NCBI GenBank assembly: GCA_965240325.2
Contig: CBDEKP020000001.1
Location: 1-23,199 of the forward strand
Direction of reading: 5' to 3'
DNA length: 23,199 bases
Source: Rebecca billardiae RCC1528
Taxonomy: Eukaryota > Protista > Haptophyta
The notes beneath the pieces are model-generated. The model saw only the letters and a program-made list of their open reading frames with translations, was not told where the DNA came from and searched no databases. This document shows, piece by piece, positions 15,886-23,199 of the stretch. The position numbers were made by a program, and so were the translations under genes. Position 1 is the first letter of the stretch; every line of letters begins with the position of its first letter.

Positions 15886-16140
15886 GGCTTCGTGGGGCTT
15901 CGTGGTGGTGCTGTAGTAGTGGGATCGCTTCTCTTTAACTACACATGAGTCCGGCTGCTCGAAAATGAGTTCGGTATGGGGGCTTCGGGGGCTTCGTGGG
16001 GCTTCGTGGGACGAGTCGGACGAGTCGTAGACTCGTGGTGGGTCGGAGACTCGTCGTAGACTCGTGGGATGGCGATTGGGGGAGGCTCGGCGGAGGCTCG
16101 ATGTGGCTCGATGTGGCTCGACGTGGCGGCGGGTGGCGGG
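15886..16140. repeat. Right subterminal array of short repeats (GGGGCTTCG, GACTCGT/ACGAGTC, TGTGGCTCGA)
   Basis: Visible direct repeats between the Rep-like start and the right TIR. Includes an internal copy of the TIR 12-mer GACGAGTCGTAG near 16019. Confidence 0.8.
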
Positions 16141-16144
16141 CGTC

Positions 16145-16195
16145 GTGGCTCGACTGAGAATCGGGGATGACGAGTCGTAGGCTCGGAGGAGAGAG
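16145..16195 (-). repeat. Right terminal inverted repeat (51 bp)
   Basis: Exact reverse complement of 9-59. Confidence 0.95.
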
Positions 16196-17029
16196 CTGGG
16201 GCGGCGGCACCGTATACTCCCACACACCGCGGCGCGGCGCCCGCAGCCGGTGCTGCTCAGTGGCCCGATGCAACGCGCACGCCAGGGAGCTGCGGGAGCG
16301 GAGCGCCACAGCCGGCCCAGCGCCTCGCCCTGGTCAAAGCTGCCCCCGCCCCGCCCCCCATCTTGCTCTCCGTCCAAACTGCGCCTGCTGGTGCGCGAAT
16401 AGTGAGCGGCAATCGCGTGCGGCGCGCCGAGCGCGCGCGAGCTGGATGGCCAACGCCGACCGACTGGTGGTTGCCCCCGCCGCGAATGCCAAGCACGCGC
16501 AGCAGGGCACGCGGCGGATGCGGTGAAGGGCGCGTGGCCGGGCGCGCACGGGAATGGTGGCATATACGCGCTCGTCTGACTCGCGACAGCCCACATGATG
16601 CAGGCTTCCCGCCGACTCGCGCCGCGCACACGACCGGCAGCACGCGAGCCTGGTGACAATCGGCGGGCCGCGAGCCATCACACGCCGCGCGGCTGTACCC
16701 GCGCCGGGGGCGGCGAGCGTGCACGGAGAGGGGCCGAAGCGCACACGAGCTGCCCGCACCACGCGCGCGACACCGACCCGTCCTCAAGCCCGCCTCTGCG
16801 CCCGGGTGCGCCGCCACGTGTAGTGCAACGCGGGATCGGAATCATCGCCGCATGGCGCGACCTGCCTCGAGTGCCGAGTCTCTACCAAAGAAATAAAGGG
16901 GGGTAGAACGGAAAGCTCGAAAATCGGCCAAAACGACCCCCCGGCGGAACGATTTTCTGTCATCGTCATTCCTATTATCGCGATTTTCCTGCCGCTCGGG
17001 CTGAGAGCCCGGGAGCCCCGCCCGGGGCA

Positions 17030-18110
17030 ATGTCGGCGTCGAAGAAGGCGAAAGAGGGAGAGCCGCTTCACGGCCGAGGCGCGCGCGGAGCTCTTCGCGG
17101 TGTTTGACGAGCATCACGCGGCGTGGCAGAAGCAACATCCCGACCGGCTTCCGTACAAGGGCAGTTCGTTGCCGCTCGACATCGTTGCGGCTCGTCACAA
17201 GCTGAAGCGGACGCACATGAATGCCGTCTACAAGAGCTTTCTCCACCCGCCTCAGAAGCTCAAGACGCTCGAGCCGGAGGCCAAGTATCGTGCCTCGCTA
17301 TTCGAGCGTATTGGCGCACTCGGCTCGGTCGTGGCGGCTGCCGTCGAGAAGAGCCAGAGGTCTGGCCTGGCAGTCAGGTTCCGGCCCGAGGCGAGCCGGC
17401 TGGCTGAGCACGCTTGGCGTCGCGCTGCGCTCCGGGCTCGTGGCGCGTGCCACGGCCATCGTCCACCTGATCGCAAAGCACCGCGCTCGCTCTGCCGCGT
17501 CCGTCGGAAACGTGCGCTCGCGGCTCGAGCACAGCTTTCTTGACACGCGCGACGACTTTCTGGCGGCGCACAAAGAGAGCGCTGAGGCGGCTCTGCACGG
17601 CCAGCAGCTGCCGACGGAGCTGCCCGATTTCCACGTCGCGCTACTCGTCGATCTGGACGACGCGCTGTACGCGATCGTGTGCGAGCGGCTGCAGAACAGA
17701 GCGCCGATCGAGCTGCCCGAGCCAGTGGCCTTCGATCGCGAGGATCTGAGGGCTCAGCTCGTGTACTACCTGGCCGGCTCGGGCCTCGGGGGCTGATGAG
17801 TGATGTACAGTGTTCGAGTCGGAGCTCGCGGTGCAGCGGCGCGAGCTGATGCGAGGTGGAATTGGCACCCCTGGCTGGTGCACAACGAGGTGAGCGCGCG
17901 GGATACTATCCACGACCAGCTGCCGTCGCAGCTGTCCCTCCGGCGGCAGTACATCGAGGACGCGCTTTGTCTACCCGGCCCGTGCCTCTCCTCCCTCACG
18001 GCGCGCATGGAACAGCTCACGACGACAGTGCTCACGCGCGAGCGGCTCAAAGAGCTCGGTGCCGACATCTTTGCGGCGGTGTCCGAGCTGATCCTCCGAG
18101 GGAGCACGCC
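17030..18110 (+). pseudogene. Frameshifted gene remnant inside the transposon, resembling the P-transposase C-terminal domain
   Basis: Protein-like sequence continues across ORF fragments 17100, 17221 and 17800. LVYYLAG and ALCLPGPCL..L..RME resemble the YIAGY and GL..PS..L...E motifs. Boundaries approximate. Confidence 0.45.
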
Positions 18111-18229
18111 CGCACGCGCAGCTGCTGCGTCGACGGCAGCCGCTCCCGCCGCTACCGCCACGTCGGTGGGGCCGAGGTCAGGCGCGGCGGCGGCCGTCGC
18201 CGTCGCAGCAGCAGCGCTGCCGGTGACAC

Positions 18230-19465
18230 TGTCGACGATCCTCACGTGCGACTCGTATGCCTCGCGCAGCCGCTTCTGCGCCAGCCGGCACGGGCCGCAA
18301 GGGCTGCGGCGCGTGCCGTGCGCGTTGGCGAGCAGAGTGCACGCCGGGGAGCGAAAGTCACCGTCACGGCAGTAGAATGCGCTCACGTCGCGCGTGAAGC
18401 CGGTGCCGTGCGCCTCGGCTCCTCCGACGTCACCGTGTTTGAGCACGCGGCTGCGCGCGGCTGCGCGCCGCGCAGCTGTGCAGAGGCGATGCTCTTCGCC
18501 GAAGGGATGGGAGGCTCGAGCTGGTCTCCCGTGTACGCGTAGAGGCAGGCGTACGAGCGGCGCTGCAAGTACTCGGCCCTGTCGCCGTCGGGCGGCCCGA
18601 CGTCCGCGCCCGGACATAGCACCGCACCGTCCGCGACGAGGCTCGAGTGCAGGGCAAGCGCCTTGGCCACGTCCGGCTCGCCAGCGACGCACACGCCATC
18701 GAAGGTCACGTAGCACGTGATCGCGTCGCTCGTGCACGACCAGGATCTCCGTGCGGTTGTCGGCCGCGCCCCCGCCAGCCCGCACCGCCCGGAAGAAGCC
18801 GCAGCCGTGTGCGAGGCTGAAGCCTGCTTCACCGAGCCGCGCTGCGGCCGCCTCGAGCTTGCTCTCAGCATCCAGAGCGTGAAGCGGTGCTGCAGGTGCC
18901 GTGGCCGCCGGCGTGGGCGCGGGCGGAGGCGCGGCGGTGCGCTCGAGGTCGAGCTCGCGGCGGAGGGCATCGTACGCCAGCACCGCCAAGCCGGTGCTGT
19001 CGTCCACACGGGTGGGCACCGTGCGGATCGGCTTGGCGCGCAGGACCTTGTCGAGCAGGTCAATGTAGTAGTCCGAGCGGCCGCGCGTGGGCGGCCCGTC
19101 GGGCGGCGGGTGACGCACACCCACGGTGAACCTCAGGGCCTCGAGGCGCTGGAGGAAGTCGGGGTCGTTAGCGAGCACATAGGCGATCGTGGTTGCGTCG
19201 AGCAGTCGGCTCTCGCTCGCGTCGACGACGGCTTTGAGCTTGGCCTCAAAGTAATGACCTGCTCTGTTCAACATGCAGGCAACATCTCGCCCACCGGGCC
19301 GACGTAGTACATCCACCTCGCCTTGATCCCCGACAGGTGGTTCGCCTTCTGAGCGTAGGTCACGTAGGCTGTGCCAAACGGGTCCTCCTCCGTCAGACGC
19401 CTCTGCAGCTCGTCCGCGACCTCCTTGTCCAGGTACCACCACCGCGCTGCGCCGCTGCACACGGA
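18230..19465 (-). pseudogene. Frameshifted, truncated gene remnant, possibly the N-terminal part of a P-type transposase
   Basis: Protein-like segments switch between frames (ORFs 19268-19462, 17766-19652, 18383-19120). Contains VLCPG and FRSPACTLL...CGPCRLAQKRL. No catalytic DDE core seen. Boundaries approximate. Confidence 0.4.
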
Positions 19466-20438
19466 GCGCGCGCGGCCGCGGAGGAATGGTGAGATTTGTG
19501 TGGTGCCCTAAGGTGTGTACGGGCGCACATGTGGCCATAGCCCACATACAATACTTAGGGCACCAAATCGTATGCGCACGTCCCGCGCACCGCGCGCGTG
19601 CAGTTGCGAAGGGTCGCTGCAGGTTCCGCGCGAGAAGGGGCGGGGCGCACACCTCACGCCATCATTGAGCTGAGCTGCCGGCCGTGAGCCAGCGCCAAGA
19701 GACCGGGTCCTGGGGCGCATCGAGTCAAAGCAGGCCAGGGTCGCACCAGCAGCGAGTACGAGGACGGCTACGAGGGCTCGTCGGAATCGCGGGAGGAGCC
19801 AGGGCACCATTCGCGGCCTCTGAGCGAAGGATCCCCTGACGAAGCGCCGGGGGGTCGTGTCGGCGCAGCAGTCTGAATCCCTATTAATCAGCAAAGCTTT
19901 CCGTTCTACCCCCCTTTATTTCTTTGTCTCTACCCGCGGCGCCAGGCTGCGCCACGGGTGCTTCGTCATTGGTCCAACGTGCTACCCCCATACTGTACCG
20001 ACCCCCACGAACTGTATCCACGGAAGGAGCATGGCCGTCCGGCCTTTCCGCATGGGCGCACGAGCGCGTCGCATCGCCGCAGCGACTTGGGCGCGGCAAG
20101 AGGGCGCGAGGGCGCCCTGCGCGGCGGGCACGCGGCGTGCAGCGCGAATGCATCGTGTCCAGCTCATCGCGAGGTGGCTTGCACGCTGCCGTTGCGAAGG
20201 CGCGGCCGCGGCGACGGCTCGCGGTCGGCATTGCGCTCGTGTGATGCGGCCGCGCGTGAGGCGGGCCGGCGCGCGGCCGGCGCGCCACGGGCTGGCGCGG
20301 AGCGCCGGGTAACACTCACATGACCCGTGTCGTGCACGCGCGCGCGCGCGCTGCCCGCCGCGCCGGCCAGGGGCGCCGTGCGAATGTTGCCACGCGCGAC
20401 GGCAGCAGAGACCGTCGAGACTGGACGGCGCCTCTGCG

Positions 20439-21268
20439 GGTGGTCAACCTACTGCTGCTCTCGCCCAGGCTCTGGCTGAGCGTTCAGTGGGTCGACTGGG
20501 CCGGACGGAACGCGCGATCCCAGCCGAAGAGCGGGCGCTCTCGACCCAGATCGGGCGCACACTCGCCAGACGGGCCCACGGGTGGCCGGCCGGGCCCGCC
20601 GCTCGACGTGCGCGCCCCAGCTGGTGGTCAACCTACCGCGCTCTCGCGCTGGTTTTGGCTGAGCGTTCAGTGGGTCGACTGGGCCGGACGGAACGCGCGA
20701 TCCCAGCCGAAGAGCGGGCGTTCTTGACCCAGATCGGGCGCACACTCGCCAGACGGGCCCACGGGTGGCCGGCCGGGTGCGCCGCGCGAGCTACGCGCCC
20801 CAGCTGGCGGTCAACCTACCGCGCTCTCGCGCTGGTTTTGGCTGAGCGTTCAGTGGGTCGACTGGGCCGGACGGAACGCGCGATCCCAGCCGAAGAGCGG
20901 GCGTTCTTGACCCAGATCGGGCGCACACTCGCCAGACGGGCCCACGGGTGGCCAGCCGGGTGCGCCGAGTGACATGCGCGCCCCAGCTGGTGGTCAACCT
21001 ACCGCGCTCTCGCGCTGGTTTTGGCTGAGCGTTCAGTGGGTCGACTGGGCCGGACGGAACGCGCCATCCCAGCCGAAGAGCGGGCGTTCTTGACCCAGAT
21101 CGGGCGCACACTCGCCAGACGGGCCCACGGGTGGCCGGCCGGGCCCGCCGCTCGACGTGCGCGCCCCAGCTGGTGGTCAACCTACCGCGCTCTCGCGCTG
21201 GTTTTGGCTGAGCGTTCAGTGGGTCGACTGGGCCGGACGGAACGCGCGATCCCAGCCGAAGAGCGGGC
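20439..21268 (+). repeat. Subtelomeric tandem repeat, 183-bp unit, about 4.5 copies
   Basis: GCTGAGCGTTCAGTGGG recurs at 20475, 20658, 20841, 21024 and 21207 (period 183). Confidence 0.95.
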
Positions 21269-22346
21269 TAGGTTAGGGTTAGGGTTAGGGTTAGGGTTAG
21301 GGTTAGGGTTAGGGTTAGGGTTAGGGTTAGGGTTAGGGTTAGGGTTAAAGGGTTAGGGTTAGGGTTAGGGTTAGGGTTAGGGTTAGGGGTTAGGGGTTAG
21401 GGTTAGGGTTAGGGTTAGGGTTAGGGTTAGGGTTAGGGTTAGGGTTAGGGTTAGGGTTAGGGTTAGGGTTAGGGTTAGGGGTTAGGGTTAGGGTTAGGTT
21501 AGGGTTAGGGTTAGGGTTAGGGTTAGGGTTAGGGTTAGGGTTAGGGTTAGGGTTAGGGGTTAGGGTTAGGGTTAGGGTTAGGGTTAGGGTTAGGGTTAGG
21601 GTTAGGGTTAGGGTTAGGGTTAGGGTTAGGGTTAGGGTTAGGGTTAGGGTTAGGGTTAGGGTTAGGGTTAGGGTTAGGGTTAGGGTTAGGGTTAGGGTTA
21701 GGGTTAGGGTTAGGGTTAGGGTTAGGGTTAGGGTTAGGGTTAGGGTTAGGGGTTAGGGTTAGGGTTAGGGTTAGGGTTAGGGTTAGGGTTAGGGTTAGGG
21801 TTAGGGTTAGGGTTAGGGTTAGGGTTAGGGTTAGGGTTAGGGTTAGGGTTAGGGTTAGGGTTAGGGTTAGGGTTAGGGTTAGGGTTAGGGTTAGGGTTAG
21901 GGTTAGGGTTAGGGTTAGGGTTAGGGTTAGGGTTAGGGTTAGGGTTAGGGTTAGGGTTAGGGTTAGGGTTAGGGTTAGGGTTAGGGTTAGGGTTAGGGTT
22001 AGGGTTAGGGTTAGGGTTAGGGTTAGGGTTAGGGTTAGGGTTAGGGTTAGGGTTAGGGTTAGGGTTAGGGTTAGGGGTTAGGGTTAGGGTTAGGGTTAGG
22101 GTTAGGGTTAGGGTTAGGGTTAGGGTTAGGGTTAGGGTTAGGGGTTAGGGTTAGGGTTAGGGTTAGGGTTAGGGTTAGGGTTAGGGTTAGGGTTAGGGGT
22201 TAGGGTTAGGGTTAGGGTTAGGGTTAGGTTAGGGTTAGGGTTAGGGTTAGGGTTAGGGTTAGGGTTAGGGTTAGGGTTAGGGTTAGGGTTAGGGTTAGGG
22301 TAGGGTTAGGGTTAGGGTTAGGGTTAGGGTTAGGGTTGGGTTAGGG

Positions 22347-22387
<41 letters not shown>

Positions 22388-23199
22388 GGTTAGGGTTAGG
22401 GTTAGGGTTAGGGTTAGGTTAGGGTTAGGGTTAGGGTTAGGGTTAGGGTTAGGGGTTAGGGTTAGGGTTAGGGGTTGGGTTAGGGTTAGGGTTAGGGGTT
22501 AGGGTTGGGTTAGGGTTAGGGGTTAGGGTTAGGGTTAGGGTTAGGGTTAGGGGTTAGGGTTAGGGTTAGGGTTAGGGTTAGGGTTAGGGTTAGGGTTAGG
22601 GTTAGGGTTAGGGTTAGGGTTAGGGTTAGGGTTAGGGGTTAGGGTTAGGGTTAGGGTTAGGGTTAGGGTTAGGGTTAGGGGTTAGGGTTAGGGTTAGGGT
22701 TAGGGTTAGGGTTAGGGTAGGGTTAGGGTTAGGGTTAGGGTTAGGGTTAGGGTTAGGGTTAGGGTTAGGGTTAGGGTAGGGTTAGGGTTAGGGTTAGGGT
22801 TAGGGGTTAGGGTTAGGGGTAGGGGTTAGGGTTAGGGTTAGGGTTAGGGTTGGGGTGGGTTAGGGTTAGGGTAGGGTTAGGGTTAGGGTTAGGGTTAGGG
22901 TTAGGGTTAGGGTTTGGGTTGGGTTAGGGTTAGGGGTAGGGGTAGGGTTAGGGTTAGGGTTAGGGTGTTAGGGTTAGGGTTGGGGTAGGGTTAGGGGTTA
23001 GGGGTTAGGGGTTAGGGTTAGGGTAGGGGTAGGGTTAGGGTTAGGGTTAGGGGGTAGGGGTGGGGTTAGGGGTTAGGGGTAGGGTTAGGGGTTGGGGTTA
23101 GGGGTTAGGGTTAGGGGTTAGGGTTAGGGTTAGGTGGGGTTTTATAGGTTAGGGTTAGGTAGGGTGAGGGTGGGGTGGGGGTAGGGTTAGGGTTAGGGT
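21269..23199 (+). repeat. Telomere (TTAGGG)n, about 1.9 kb
   Basis: Continuous TTAGGG array to the end of the window, with the G-rich strand running 5'->3' outward. Confidence 0.99.

Larger units (their letters stand above)
9..16195. mobile_element. Endogenous Polinton-like virus (PLV), apparently full length
   Basis: Perfect 51-bp inverted repeats at both ends enclose a densely packed set of intronless ORFs: pPolB, MCP, penton, A32 ATPase, lipase and LamG protein. Size and gene set are typical of PLVs/polintoviruses. Confidence 0.93.
16886..19926. mobile_element. Non-autonomous/degenerate DNA transposon, probably P superfamily (3041 bp)
   Basis: Perfect 32-bp TIRs CAAAGAAATAAAGGGGGGTAGAACGGAAAGCT (16886-16917 / 19895-19926), flanked by the direct repeat TCTCTAC (16879-16885 / 19927-19933). 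CANRG termini and a 7-8 bp TSD are characteristic of P elements. Confidence 0.85.

Noticed and set aside
15868-16906. Long Arg/Ala/Pro-rich ORFs spanning the right TIR and flank
   Set aside because: They cross the element boundary and translate repeats and GC-rich non-coding DNA.
17766-19652. 628-aa ORF as a single intact gene
   Set aside because: Protein-like segments alternate with low-complexity Arg-rich off-frame segments; it is better explained as a frameshifted remnant.
20320-21356. Repetitive ORFs in the satellite, including one ending in (LG)n
   Set aside because: Artefacts of a 183-bp (61-codon) unit and translation of TTAGGG.
22300-23199. Increasing telomere variants (TTAGGGG, TAGGG, TTGGG) toward the end
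   Set aside because: Mostly homopolymer-length changes that rise distally, as expected from low-coverage long-read consensus error; cannot be claimed as biological.

Overview
A eukaryotic chromosome end. Positions 9-16195 are an apparently complete, intact ~16.2 kb endogenous Polinton-like virus (PLV) bounded by perfect 51-bp terminal inverted repeats. It encodes a multidomain protein-primed DNA polymerase B, major and minor capsid proteins, an A32-type packaging ATPase, a lipase, a triple LamG-like putative fibre, a GIY-YIG/T5orf172-like nuclease, an ASCH-like protein and several hypothetical proteins. I can recognise no integrase, tyrosine recombinase or adenain-type protease. The gene next to the right TIR is instead a 315-aa protein resembling a CRESS-DNA (nanovirus/smacovirus-type) Rep, with a clear SF3 helicase and a divergent N-terminal region. 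An AAAATC(C/G) motif sits just upstream of many viral start codons. Distal to the virus are a 3041-bp degenerate P-element-like DNA transposon (32-bp TIRs starting CAAAG, 7-bp TSD TCTCTAC), about 4.5 copies of a 183-bp subtelomeric satellite cut mid-unit, and a ~1.9 kb (TTAGGG)n telomere. The GC-rich host DNA and TTAGGG telomere fit a protist or alga such as a haptophyte, but the host cannot be determined from this window. All protein calls come from motif recognition by eye, not database searches.
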